Position numbers and translations under genes: made by a program. The notes beneath the pieces were generated by a model, which saw only the letters and a program-made list of their open reading frames with translations, was not told the DNA's origin and did not search any database. A stretch of DNA of 64,000 nt from a virus (Duplodnaviria > Caudoviricetes), in IMG/VR virus record IMGVR_UViG_3300029288_000174, positions 1,263 to 65,262 of that record. One strand, given 5' to 3'. Below are positions 46,713 through 55,541 of the stretch, piece by piece; position 1 is the first letter of the stretch; each line of letters begins with the position of its first letter.

Positions 46713-46908
46713 TTTGGCTCCTTTCTTCTTCGACTTCATCCACCACGATTCGCACCTTGACGGACCGCTCGTTCTCTGTAGCGTTAATTCCCGCGTCCTC
46801 GGCGGTTGGATACAGCACTGGAGAATCCACAAACGTAGTGAACGAATCAACGTGACCACGCTCATCCACCAGAATCCAGTAGTGGTTGGCAAGTTTTGGT
46901 TTGGTCAT
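46699..46908 (-). CDS. Hypothetical protein
   Basis: ATGA coupling. Confidence 0.5.
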   Translation of the reverse strand: MTKPKLANHYWILVDERGHVDSFTTFVDSPVLYPTAEDAGINATENERSVKVRIVVDEVEEERSQNANT

Positions 46909-47633
46909 TGACTTCCCTCCGTTTCCTTTACCGCATCAACGATCTTCTCGGCCGTTTCGCGGATATGTCGCAGCCACGACAACTCGCGATTATGCTCTCC
47001 GTTCAGCACTGCGCGGACGGCGTTGCCGATGTTCTCGGCACCTTTCCATCCGTCGATTTTAATACCGCTCGCCTTCTGAAATGCAATAATATCGCGTTCC
47101 TTTTCGGCCAGTTGCTCACGAATACGACTGCTGGTTCTTTCCGAGGACTCAAATCCCAACTTGTAGCCGTCATCATGTGCTTTTTTTAGCAACTCTGCGT
47201 CGGCACCCTGTTCGGCCACTCGCCGCATGATGGCGGCCAAGAAGCCACGATCAATTGGTTTTGGATTCAGCCGCTCGGGTTTTACTTTTATTTTTAGGCC
47301 AGAGCCGTTCGGAACCAGTAGCCCCCAACCCTCGGGCAGTTCACCGTCACGAATGATTGACCTATCGCCAACTACCATGTACCAATGATCGCAGTATCGC
47401 AAAACGGACTCCGCTTTCTCTGGGTCTTTCAGTTCCTTCAGCCAATCTGTGCGGCTGACCTTAATCTCGACTCCCGCGAGAGTAAGGCCACGACTCGGCC
47501 ACAGGGACATTACTAATGCGTCAGCGTGGCGACTACAATTCATGCCCGTCCCATTTCCAACTTCCCAGAGCAGGGCATAGGCGCGAGAATCGAAGTGAAA
47601 CCTCAATGCGTTTTTGACTTCGTGAGTATTCAT
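46905..47633 (-). CDS. MmcB-like PD-(D/E)XK nuclease-fold protein
   Basis: LWEV...RHADAL.MSLWPSRG....GVEIKVSRTDW..EL..PEK. Confidence 0.75.
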   Translation of the reverse strand: MNTHEVKNALRFHFDSRAYALLWEVGNGTGMNCSRHADALVMSLWPSRGLTLAGVEIKVSRTDWLKELKDPEKAESVLRYCDHWYMVVGDRSIIRDGELPEGWGLLVPNGSGLKIKVKPERLNPKPIDRGFLAAIMRRVAEQGADAELLKKAHDDGYKLGFESSERTSSRIREQLAEKERDIIAFQKASGIKIDGWKGAENIGNAVRAVLNGEHNRELSWLRHIRETAEKIVDAVKETEGSQ

Positions 47634-47953
47634 GGCTTTCCCTCCGCTTCGACAACCGCCGCCACGGCAAGGCACACCGCGTGCGCGATGGTGTCGCCGT
47701 AGATATACTCACGTTCCTCACCGAGTACAACATACACTCGCCATTGGTTTGTAGATGGCTGCGGCTCTAGGCAATACAGCGTTTTGTCCCGCAGCCACGT
47801 CATAATCTGGCAGAACTGCTCGAAGCTTGGCGTCGTGCTGACTCGCGGCGAAACCAAATCGCCGCTAGGTAATAGCATGACGGCGTGCGGTATATGCACG
47901 GCCTTGCAAACGATTTCGTCAAGCTCGGGACCGGGTTGTAGGGGTTTGGTCAT
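47630..47953 (-). CDS. Hypothetical protein
   Basis: ATGA coupling. Confidence 0.55.
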   Translation of the reverse strand: MTKPLQPGPELDEIVCKAVHIPHAVMLLPSGDLVSPRVSTTPSFEQFCQIMTWLRDKTLYCLEPQPSTNQWRVYVVLGEEREYIYGDTIAHAVCLAVAAVVEAEGKP

Positions 47954-48126
47954 GGCTTCTTATCCTTCCTTTTCAGTGCCGCCCTGAGTGACGACCAGCG
48001 AATACGTGCTATTGTGTGCTGCCCAGACTCATAGACGACCACCATGATGCCTTCCGGTTCTTCGTACCACCACCCATCCCGGTTCTTAAAACGGTGCGGC
48101 TTCAATTGCAGATGTTTGTTGCTCAT
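47950..48126 (-). CDS. Hypothetical protein
   Basis: ATGA coupling at both ends. Confidence 0.5.
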   Translation of the reverse strand: MSNKHLQLKPHRFKNRDGWWYEEPEGIMVVVYESGQHTIARIRWSSLRAALKRKDKKP

Positions 48127-48485
48127 GGCGTTGGCTCCTGTTCTATCTCTGCTACTATCTTTGACGAACGTAGATACCCATTCAGGTCCAGCCACATCTT
48201 CCTGCTCGCGTCGGCCAGCCACGCCAAGTAATCCAGCGGCACGCAATTAACTGGTTCACCTGCGAACTTTCCGAACGGCATCTTATCCTCGCCAAACCGC
48301 GTTGCTTCGATGTCAGTCATGGGCTGCGGCGCAAACGGTAGAGCCTGTTTGACTTCAATCCACGATTCAATGGCCGCCCTAACGCGATTGGCAATAATCC
48401 GCTGCTCAATCTCGTTTCGCTCGGCCATACCTTCACGGATCAGGTCCGCCAGTACGTTGCCTACGTCGTTGGCGTTTTCACTCAT
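48123..48485 (-). CDS. DUF3820-like protein
   Basis: KMPFGKFAGEPV..VPLDYLAWL. Confidence 0.7.
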   Translation of the reverse strand: MSENANDVGNVLADLIREGMAERNEIEQRIIANRVRAAIESWIEVKQALPFAPQPMTDIEATRFGEDKMPFGKFAGEPVNCVPLDYLAWLADASRKMWLDLNGYLRSSKIVAEIEQEPTP

Positions 48486-48871
48486 GGCTTCGGCTCCTTA
48501 GACAGCCTATGTTCAACGATACCAATAGATGAGCGTGGTCCATTGTAATGCTCGTTGGCATAGGTTTGCTGTTGAATCTGAAAATCAATAGGCAGTCCAG
48601 TTATTCCCCGCCCCAGCGTCGAAAACGCCATAACGAACGCACACCACTTGTCGCATAGATGCTCATTGCGAGGGTCGCAGCCGGGAAACATCGCAGCATA
48701 TTCGGCATCGGACAAGATGATGCGAATGTCAACGTCCCGCCACGCTCGCTCTTTATCTCCGGGCAGCGACGATCCTACTTGGTATGCGAACGTACCAAAG
48801 GCATCAAACAAAATCTCGCCGAAGTAGTTAAGTTTCAACGCCTCCGGCATTCCGACTCCAGCCCGTCCCAT
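48482..48871 (-). CDS. Minimal pol-beta-like nucleotidyltransferase
   Basis: YQVGSS, WRDVDIR (DxD) and LPIDFQ third carboxylate. Confidence 0.7.
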   Translation of the reverse strand: MGRAGVGMPEALKLNYFGEILFDAFGTFAYQVGSSLPGDKERAWRDVDIRIILSDAEYAAMFPGCDPRNEHLCDKWCAFVMAFSTLGRGITGLPIDFQIQQQTYANEHYNGPRSSIGIVEHRLSKEPKP

Positions 48872-48911
48872 TATGGTTCTCCAAATTCATTCCAACACTA
48901 CTCGCAGATGC

Positions 48912-49109
48912 CTACTCGAACAGCACCTTATGAATAGCATTCCAATCAATTTCTGACTCAGCAATCAAACGCTCGAACGCCGCTTCATCGTATGCGAGTG
49001 CCTTGCCCTCGATTCGCCGCAACCAGTTTTCCATTATCATGCCCGTCATACGAATCATCGCCGTTGCACATCGGGCGTTCATAACGGCAGATTTTTGTTC
49101 GGCTGTCAT
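48912..49109 (-). CDS. Hypothetical protein
   Basis: AAGG RBS. Confidence 0.5.
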   Translation of the reverse strand: MTAEQKSAVMNARCATAMIRMTGMIMENWLRRIEGKALAYDEAAFERLIAESEIDWNAIHKVLFE

Positions 49110-49125
49110 GTCATTTTCCTTTCGG

Positions 49126-49350
49126 TTACTTCTTTAATTCAGTAATCTGAGTCACTCCCCGCACCCTCCAACAGTAACCACACTTACGACAGGACGCCAA
49201 AACGTGAACTGGCTTACCCGCACTGGTATATCCTTCTTCCGCCGGGAATCCACGCTCGTCCGCATCAAACGATAGACCGTGGCCGGACCACACCTCTAGG
49301 TATTCGTTGGGCAAGTTGCCGCACTTCGGACATCGCGGGATTGTTTTCAT
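49126..49350 (-). CDS. Zinc-ribbon protein
   Basis: CPKCG...CRKCG. Confidence 0.6.
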   Translation of the reverse strand: MKTIPRCPKCGNLPNEYLEVWSGHGLSFDADERGFPAEEGYTSAGKPVHVLASCRKCGYCWRVRGVTQITELKK

Positions 49351-49378
49351 TTCCTTTTTGGCTTCCAGCCCATCATGG

Positions 49379-49603
49379 CTATTGCAATCGAATCACGCCC
49401 ATTGGCTTTTCGCCGATGCTTACGAGATATCCATTCAATCGCCAGTTTTTCTCAGCACGCATAGCATAGCCCGCATCCCAACCCGCCAGCCAGTGTGTTG
49501 TTTCATCGGTGGTGTCGTGGCAGGAAGCGAGTATGCCTGAGATGAATCCTGCGGAAAACTGGTTGGCAATAACGTATTTGTTCTCATCGCGTGGCTTCAT
49601 CAT
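49379..49603 (-). CDS. Hypothetical protein
   Basis: ATGA coupling. Confidence 0.5.
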   Translation of the reverse strand: MMKPRDENKYVIANQFSAGFISGILASCHDTTDETTHWLAGWDAGYAMRAEKNWRLNGYLVSIGEKPMGVIRLQ

Positions 49604-49770
49604 AACTCCCTAACGTCTGAGCAGTCACATTCCATTTCCGCGACCTCAAACTCGGCACCACACTCGGGACAAAGATCGTCGGCCAGCACAAGGGAATTGA
49701 TCGATGGATCATCCTCGATTACACGCGAACCAAAACCATGTCCATTGGTACACTTGCATAAAGCGATCAT
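49600..49770 (-). CDS. Zinc-ribbon protein
   Basis: CKCTNGH...CPECG; ATGA coupling. Confidence 0.55.
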   Translation of the reverse strand: MIALCKCTNGHGFGSRVIEDDPSINSLVLADDLCPECGAEFEVAEMECDCSDVREL

Positions 49771-50219
49771 TGTTCTTTCTCCTTCGGTTTCCAATCCGCT
49801 GGCGGCACGCGGTCGGGTTTTGCAGGGTCGGCAAGAACCATCAAGTCATAGGCTGAGTAGATGCTGGTACTCGTCCACGAAGTATAGCCACTCGTATAAA
49901 ACTTCCCAATGCCCGCGTAATGCCTGCGAGTCCATTCGATACCCTGTCGCACCCACACCTTCGCATCAATCGGCGTCGATTCATCCGGCTCACGCCAATC
50001 ATACGGTCGCTCGATCAGCGATTCTCGCCAGTGGTCGGCGGGAGGGAGGTCGATGATGTCGAAAAGATAGAACGACAACCAACCATCCCAACTACACCCA
50101 CCCGCTGTTGGTCTTTGGCGGCGACGATGAAATCCAACCGGGTCACCGCAAGCGTTAATAGCGGCAAAATCTCCACAGTACGCCGCCCAAAACTCGGGGC
50201 TGTTCCATCGTATGCTCAT
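49767..50219 (-). CDS. Hypothetical protein
   Basis: AAAGGA RBS. Confidence 0.55.
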   Translation of the reverse strand: MSIRWNSPEFWAAYCGDFAAINACGDPVGFHRRRQRPTAGGCSWDGWLSFYLFDIIDLPPADHWRESLIERPYDWREPDESTPIDAKVWVRQGIEWTRRHYAGIGKFYTSGYTSWTSTSIYSAYDLMVLADPAKPDRVPPADWKPKEKEQ

Positions 50220-50231
50220 GGATTGGTTCCT

Positions 50232-50435
50232 TTAGTGCCAGATTTCAGTAATTACAAGGTCCGGTCGCGTTTTCTTGAGCCGGATATGTTGCAATCGGCC
50301 TTCGATGGCTGGCAGAAGTCCCGCCAACCATTGCTTTTCACCCTCGGTGTCTGCCGTTAGCGTCAACTTATAGACCTGTTCGCACAGGCTGACCGACTTC
50401 GGCGCTCTGCCTACTGATGCGTCAATTCTCATCAC
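50232..50435 (-). CDS. Hypothetical protein
   Basis: GTGATG coupling. Confidence 0.45.
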   Translation of the reverse strand: MMRIDASVGRAPKSVSLCEQVYKLTLTADTEGEKQWLAGLLPAIEGRLQHIRLKKTRPDLVITEIWH

Positions 50436-50806
50436 TTCTCTCCTTTCGCTGCCTCGGCAGCCTCGCGGGTGCTGTAGGTTCGTTCGCCGGAACTGTAGAC
50501 AATATCTGGAATCGAGCTATCTGTGCGAAAGTACACCGCCCCATAGTCCAGTGATTGCACATAGCCTGTTGGGTCAACGTAGTAGTATTTGTTGCCTCGA
50601 ATGATCGGCACACCATCCGCCGTCTTTGGCAGCCGCTCCACGATCTCGCGGAGGCGTCGAATCTCGGCCACCGCCAGCCGCATTGCCGCTGGCATTTCGT
50701 ACAGCGAGTTCGCTTCGACCTCAAATGCGGTTCCTCCCAAGTCAATGATGCGACTCAGCCGTTCCTCCCACAACTCCTGCATTTCGTCGGTCCATTGGTC
50801 GCTCAT
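50432..50806 (-). CDS. Hypothetical protein
   Basis: AVAEIRRLREIVERL motif. Confidence 0.55.
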   Translation of the reverse strand: MSDQWTDEMQELWEERLSRIIDLGGTAFEVEANSLYEMPAAMRLAVAEIRRLREIVERLPKTADGVPIIRGNKYYYVDPTGYVQSLDYGAVYFRTDSSIPDIVYSSGERTYSTREAAEAAKGEK

Positions 50807-51081
50807 GTCGATGCTCCCTTCGGTGATTCAGCCGCAACTCTACGGGTGTCTTGGCTGCCACATTTGTCGCACAAACAGTACGGCCGTATCGAGTCGGCAT
50901 AGTAGCCGTGGTGGCCGCAGTCGTGACATCGCCGCATGTGGAGCTTACGTCCCACGATCTCGCGGAGGCGTTTCAGTTCGACCAGCACATGCCTGATCGC
51001 CACAACATCATTCGGCGACAAGTCCCACGTTTGCTGCCGGGGGTCGATCATCGCTTCCAGTCGTTCAATATGTTCGCTCAT
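50803..51081 (-). CDS. Hypothetical zinc-ribbon protein
   Basis: RLREIV motif, CHDCG...CDKCG. Confidence 0.55.
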   Translation of the reverse strand: MSEHIERLEAMIDPRQQTWDLSPNDVVAIRHVLVELKRLREIVGRKLHMRRCHDCGHHGYYADSIRPYCLCDKCGSQDTRRVAAESPKGAST

Positions 51082-51416
51082 GGCTTCTCCTTCGCAATCT
51101 GAATGGAATACCACGGGTGCCACTCCGAACCGAGCCACGTCCTAACCAGCACGCTAGGCGTCGGTTCCCAAAACGGCCACCCGTCGTACATGCCAACTGC
51201 CAATACGTCGTGTCCCTCGCCGTACAGCGACACCATGACTTGCTTGCCAGCGTCCAGCAGTTCAACCACTTGGCGTAAGGTTGCCACGGCGTTGCGGGCG
51301 ATTTCCGGGTTTACGCCGCCGCGACCGTTCGCCCAATCGTGCTTGGTGAAGTCATAGGACCAATCGACAGGCCCAAGCAACTCACCCACTCGCTCTGTCT
51401 TTGTGATAGTTTTCAT
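51078..51416 (-). CDS. Hypothetical protein
   Basis: Flanked by 16-bp direct repeats. Confidence 0.55.
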   Translation of the reverse strand: MKTITKTERVGELLGPVDWSYDFTKHDWANGRGGVNPEIARNAVATLRQVVELLDAGKQVMVSLYGEGHDVLAVGMYDGWPFWEPTPSVLVRTWLGSEWHPWYSIQIAKEKP

Positions 51417-51649
51417 GGCTTCTCCTTCCCGTGTTCGAGTGATTCTTTCAGCGTAGTAATGAGTGACTCAAAGGACACGGATTCGATACTGTTCGGCCAG
51501 TTCCGCCAGTAATCGACCACCGACCGCGCCGCAATCTCGATTCGCTGGAGACGCTCCAGTTCCCGCTCCGCTTCCTCGAATAGACAATACCGCCCGTTTA
51601 TGGTTTCGGACATGAACTGGCCATCGGTCGTGTCGGTGAATCGTCGCAT
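51413..51649 (-). CDS. Hypothetical protein
   Basis: TAATG coupling. Confidence 0.5.
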   Translation of the reverse strand: MRRFTDTTDGQFMSETINGRYCLFEEAERELERLQRIEIAARSVVDYWRNWPNSIESVSFESLITTLKESLEHGKEKP

Positions 51650-52230
51650 TAGATGGTTTCCTTTAACCGCTTTTCCCATCGCATTCTCGGTGAGACAGAT
51701 TGGTTTGTTCTGCCCATTCGGCACTTTGCCCCTCCACATCCAGCAGCCCAGCCGCGACTGCGACTAATATAGTTTTCCGCTTGTTTCCAACCTGACGCCC
51801 TGTAGATCGCGCCAGTGTGAACATCGCAATCCTGGTAGGAAATCAGCATTTCCACTTCTGGAAAACGCTTGCGAATGTCGCGTACCATCCATCCAATCAT
51901 TCGTGATGCTGTGTTTTTTGGTGCGTTGCTTGCAATCGCCATTCTTCGCAATTCAAGCCACGTTCGTTGCGGCAGCAGTCGCGCGACAGGGTTAGACCAC
52001 GCTGCCGTCGCATAATACCGACCATCGTATTCTGCCGTGTAACACACTCGGAATTGCGATGCACCAATTTTTGGTAGTCTGGAATGCCACAGCAGATTGA
52101 GTTGAGCAAACGTCATCCTATTGGTCGTGTCGAATAGCAACGAAAGCGCCGAGGTCGGAATCGAACCGCCTCCTTCCGCCTGGAAAAGCGGACGTGCAAC
52201 CAGTACACTATCGGCGCGACTATACTCCAT
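51649..52230 (-). CDS. Mom-like (GNAT-fold) DNA adenine-modification protein
   Basis: GGSIPTSAL, AAWSNPVAR, LELRRMA....PKNTASRMI, LISYQD...HTGAIYRASGW. Confidence 0.75.
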   Translation of the reverse strand: MEYSRADSVLVARPLFQAEGGGSIPTSALSLLFDTTNRMTFAQLNLLWHSRLPKIGASQFRVCYTAEYDGRYYATAAWSNPVARLLPQRTWLELRRMAIASNAPKNTASRMIGWMVRDIRKRFPEVEMLISYQDCDVHTGAIYRASGWKQAENYISRSRGWAAGCGGAKCRMGRTNQSVSPRMRWEKRLKETI

Positions 52231-52411
52231 GCTAATCCACTTTCTTAGTCCACGTCCCCAGTCCCATCACACGATAAGCAGTCGGTTTCCCCGCTTCCCT
52301 TGCACACCAGGCACGTACCATCCATCTGGCCGCAGCAGGGACATACATATTCGCCCGTGCCATCGCAATCAGCACATTCCTCTTTTCCGGTCCCGTCGCA
52401 TTGTCGGCACT

Positions 52412-52693
52412 TCATGGGGTTCTCGCTTTCTCGGTGTCGCTACCATCTGGCGGCAGCAAGTCGCCAACGGCCACGACTTCGGAGCCAAGATATTCATTGC
52501 CATCAAACACCAGCAGCAGCGCAGGCGTGTTGACATACGCCTCACATTCGGCCATCGTGCCGATGCGGGCCAGCTTGGAAAACATGCCACTGCTGCCACG
52601 GTACATCGAAACGGCCACCGCCTCTGATTGCAGGATGCGGTCGTATTGCTCACGGTCTACGTTCAGCGGAAGTGTTTGTCGTTCGTCGGTCAT
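52412..52693 (-). CDS. Hypothetical protein
   Basis: AAAGGA RBS. Confidence 0.5.
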   Translation of the reverse strand: MTDERQTLPLNVDREQYDRILQSEAVAVSMYRGSSGMFSKLARIGTMAECEAYVNTPALLLVFDGNEYLGSEVVAVGDLLPPDGSDTEKARTP

Positions 52694-52828
52694 GGACTTT
52701 CCTTTACGCTAAATGCCTTGCCGCTTCCCATGCGGTTTTCAATCGTACCCAGCCCCAATAGTCCCGGTTGCACTTGTGGACGTTGCCGCTCCAAATGATC
52801 CAGGTGTAGCGGATGCGGCGTAGTAGTT

Positions 52829-53599
52829 TCATTGCTTCCCTTTCTCGGCTTCTAGGATTTGCTCTCCGATCCATTGGACGACTTGCGGGACAACGGCGTT
52901 GCCGACTGCGCGGTATCTGTCCAGTTCACCGGGAAGCCCATCAACCATTCGACAAACTGCGGCGTCGGGACACCACCGTACTCGATCTGGCAATGCAGGA
53001 CTATGTTGGCACTGGCCGGGCCAGCACCGTGTCCTAGCCGCCTGTTTCTCGCTTGTTGTTTTAGGTGGGCGTGTACCGAAAACCCCATCCGCATGGCATC
53101 GCTCGCTTGCGGTGCTGGCCACAACGAAAAGTCGATCTCTTGTGATTGGCGAACCAATCGCTTGTGCCGATATAGTCTGCCATTCCGCATCGTACCCGAG
53201 CGTGGAAAGGTCGCCGAGAACGGTATCGAGTCCACGAAAAGTGAGGGCTGGCACGTTTTCAATGATGACCCATCTTGGACGAAGTACGCGAAGCACTCTC
53301 GCGTATTCGCTCCACAATCCGCTACGCTCGTCGGCAAGTCCGGTTGCACGGAAGTTTGCCGCACTAATTCCTTGACATGGAAATCCCCCGCAGATAACGT
53401 CACACTTCCATCGCTTGATTGGCTCTGGCGGGAAGGTTCGCACGTCGTCCCATCGGGGCACGTCGGGCCAGTGTTTTGCGAGAACTCGTTTTGCATACGG
53501 ATCGATTTCGCACTGCCAGACAGTCTGAAAGCCTCCGGTCCATTCGAGTCCAAGTTCAATCCCTCCTATCCCAGCGAACAGACTGCCAACCGTTAGCAT
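52829..53599 (-). CDS. DNA cytosine-5 methyltransferase, large (alpha) subunit
   Basis: Motifs I FAGIGG, IV GGFPCQ, VI IIENV, VIII RDRLF, X RYRAVGNAVVP; motif IX not evident. Confidence 0.9.
   Translation of the reverse strand: MLTVGSLFAGIGGIELGLEWTGGFQTVWQCEIDPYAKRVLAKHWPDVPRWDDVRTFPPEPIKRWKCDVICGGFPCQGISAANFRATGLADERSGLWSEYARVLRVLRPRWVIIENVPALTFRGLDTVLGDLSTLGYDAEWQTISAQAIGSPITRDRLFVVASTASERCHADGVFGTRPPKTTSEKQAARTRCWPGQCQHSPALPDRVRWCPDAAVCRMVDGLPGELDRYRAVGNAVVPQVVQWIGEQILEAEKGKQ
52852..53559 (-). CDS. Overlapping out-of-frame C5-MTase small (beta) subunit
   Basis: Same-strand alternative frame nested in the MTase gene; SLKTCQPSLF, FPRSGTMRNG, LWPAP.ASD, PQFVEWLMGFPVNWT (motif IX-like). True start is probably internal. 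Confidence 0.7.
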   Translation of the reverse strand: MNLDSNGPEAFRLSGSAKSIRMQNEFSQNTGPTCPDGTTCEPSRQSQSSDGSVTLSAGDFHVKELVRQTSVQPDLPTSVADCGANTRECFAYFVQDGSSLKTCQPSLFVDSIPFSATFPRSGTMRNGRLYRHKRLVRQSQEIDFSLWPAPQASDAMRMGFSVHAHLKQQARNRRLGHGAGPASANIVLHCQIEYGGVPTPQFVEWLMGFPVNWTDTAQSATPLSRKSSNGSESKS

Positions 53600-53811
53600 C
53601 GCTTCCCTTTCTCGGCTTTCCTCGCCAGCCGCTCGGCACGGCAGCAGTAGCAAATCCCTTCGTCCTCGCCGTTGATGTCCAACTCGCAGCCGTGCCCCGG
53701 CACGCAGTCATGGCCGCACTCCTGGTTGCCGCGACAGTGGCACACCGCGCATCGCGGCTCGGTCTGCCAGATGCGGTGGGCCTGGATTAGTTTGCGTGAT
53801 GGTCGCTTCAT
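53593..53811 (-). CDS. Small Cys-rich protein
   Basis: CAVCHC...CGHDC...CYCC. Confidence 0.55.
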   Translation of the reverse strand: MKRPSRKLIQAHRIWQTEPRCAVCHCRGNQECGHDCVPGHGCELDINGEDEGICYCCRAERLARKAEKGKRC

Positions 53812-53824
53812 GGGGTTGCCTCCG

Positions 53825-54451
53825 TCAACTCGGATCGGCGAACGCTGGTTCATAGTTTTCTGGCCGCACTGGCTCGCGGCCCGCAATCCACTCAGCCAGA
53901 CGCTGTTGGTTGTCACGGTCGCTGGCGCAGCCGACCAGCGGCATGGCCATTTTCGCGTCGAACCGTGGCGACAGCGGAAAACACCTTGCCCACACATCGC
54001 CCGCTCGACACTTGCAGGGAAACACCGCCGCATACAGCGGTTTCGCCGTGATCCCGTTCGCGGCGACCTCGGCGACACTGGCCGGATGCCAACACCGCAC
54101 CCAGCCATCATCGAAGCACGTCAGGCACACAAACATCTGGTTGCCATCGGCGTCGTAACGCGGCGTCTCCGAGTCACGCTGCCGCCTCGCCACGCCGCAC
54201 GCTCTGCGGATCGCCGCCGGGTGTCGATCAAACCCTTTCGGCTCCTCGATCTCGCCCGCGTGCATCTGGTGGCTCGCCGCCTTGGCCGCCGCAAGATCGA
54301 CGTTGCGAAGCACGCCGTACCAAGATTTCATCACGTTGCGAGTCGCCGGCCCGTCGTGCGACGCTTCGAGCTTGGCCATCCAGGCCGGGATGCCAGTGAA
54401 ACACGCGCAATGCTCGGGATACCACTCTAGGCGAAACTCGTCCCACGTCAT
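53825..54451 (-). CDS. Replication accessory protein (helicase loader/inhibitor-like) with Zn motif
   Basis: Immediately after the initiator; SWYGVL..VDL..A..A helical N-domain, CLTCFDDG...CKC. Confidence 0.55.
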   Translation of the reverse strand: MTWDEFRLEWYPEHCACFTGIPAWMAKLEASHDGPATRNVMKSWYGVLRNVDLAAAKAASHQMHAGEIEEPKGFDRHPAAIRRACGVARRQRDSETPRYDADGNQMFVCLTCFDDGWVRCWHPASVAEVAANGITAKPLYAAVFPCKCRAGDVWARCFPLSPRFDAKMAMPLVGCASDRDNQQRLAEWIAGREPVRPENYEPAFADPS

Positions 54452-55335
54452 CGTCGGCCCTCCGCTCGCTTCGCTTCCTCGGCGTGCATCTCATCGTCGA
54501 GGGAATCGAGGGCACGTTTGACCACGCCGTCGCCAGCAGCATCGGCGAATCCATTCGGCTCAAAGATTCCCTGCCAACCGTTCCCGATGCTATGCCGGAT
54601 CGCCGCCACGGCACGAGCCGGTCCCCACTTCGCCAACTCCCGAAGTTTGTTCGCCGTCGCCGTTGGCTTCAGTGGTTTGCGAATCTCCGCTCGATGCTGA
54701 AGCCAGTCCGACCAGGCCGACAAAAACTCCGTCGTTTGCAACTCAGGGGGTAAGGGGGTTTCTTGTACGTTAGTACAAGAACCTCTTCTCTTCTCTTCTC
54801 TCCTCTTCTCTACGTCACCCGTTACGTCACCCGTTACGTCACCCGTTACGTCACCCGTTACGTCACCCGTTACGTCACTATTCTTGCGTTTTTTCGCCCT
54901 GTAGCGAGCTTGTCTTGCAGCCGCCGAAGAGTGCCGTTTTTCTGGAGAGTCCTTGTCAGCAAAGAACTTAGGGAAAGTCCCCGATCCATCCTCGTTCCCG
55001 ACGAACCACCCAACTTCGGACATTGCTACCCCAAATCCAGGTAGGCAACAAATCGCTTCGATGATGTTCACGTCGCACTTATCGACGACCAAATCGTCAC
55101 CAACTCGCCTCCCTTGCTCGCGTGCAATCCCCCAAGTCTCCAACAGTGCCGTAACGCAGAGTGACGCCGTTACGTCACGCGTTACGTGTTCGTGCGCCGA
55201 TTTGTCACACGTCCTTTTGGACGGATTGGTGAGCCAATCCATGAACCGTCGGTCGGTCGCCAGAACGTCGCTCATCCAGACTACGCGGGGGTCGCGGCGA
55301 AGCCAAACTCGCATCTTGATCCAGTCGCCAGCCAT
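54448..55335 (-). CDS. Replication initiator (lambda O / replisome-organiser-like)
   Basis: MAGDWIKMR N-terminus, internal iterons, EKRREEKRR linker, WSDWLQHRAEIRKPL...SIGNGWQGIF C-domain. Confidence 0.8.
   Translation of the reverse strand: MAGDWIKMRVWLRRDPRVVWMSDVLATDRRFMDWLTNPSKRTCDKSAHEHVTRDVTASLCVTALLETWGIAREQGRRVGDDLVVDKCDVNIIEAICCLPGFGVAMSEVGWFVGNEDGSGTFPKFFADKDSPEKRHSSAAARQARYRAKKRKNSDVTGDVTGDVTGDVTGDVTGDVEKRREEKRRGSCTNVQETPLPPELQTTEFLSAWSDWLQHRAEIRKPLKPTATANKLRELAKWGPARAVAAIRHSIGNGWQGIFEPNGFADAAGDGVVKRALDSLDDEMHAEEAKRAEGRR
54811..54878. repeat. Iterons / putative replication origin: TACGTCACCCGT x5.7
   Basis: Five exact 12-bp units plus a partial one inside the initiator gene; related GTTACGTCACGCGTTACG at about 55169-55186. 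Confidence 0.8.
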
Positions 55336-55541
55336 CAGCCTGCCCTCCCGCCAAATCGGTTTCTATCATCCCGAATCCGCTTCGCTACGGCCCTCGCGTT
55401 GGCAACGGCGCTTTTGTAGCTGTCGCCGCTGCCGTGGCAAGAATCGCCGTCGAGCATCGTGGCAGCGGAGTCGAGCGACTGCGTAACGGCAATCGTCATT
55501 CCGTCGCGGATGGAAACAACGGCATACCACACTTGAGCCAT
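55335..55541 (-). CDS. Hypothetical protein
   Basis: TAATG / TGATG coupling. Confidence 0.55.
   Translation of the reverse strand: MAQVWYAVVSIRDGMTIAVTQSLDSAATMLDGDSCHGSGDSYKSAVANARAVAKRIRDDRNRFGGRAG

Noticed and set aside
52859-53596. 245-aa + strand ORF over the MTase
   Set aside because: Antisense with no motif, unlike the same-strand alternative frame, which carries a motif-IX-like segment
54811-54878. Possible CRISPR array
   Set aside because: Contiguous 12-bp units with no spacers, inside a coding sequence; no cas genes
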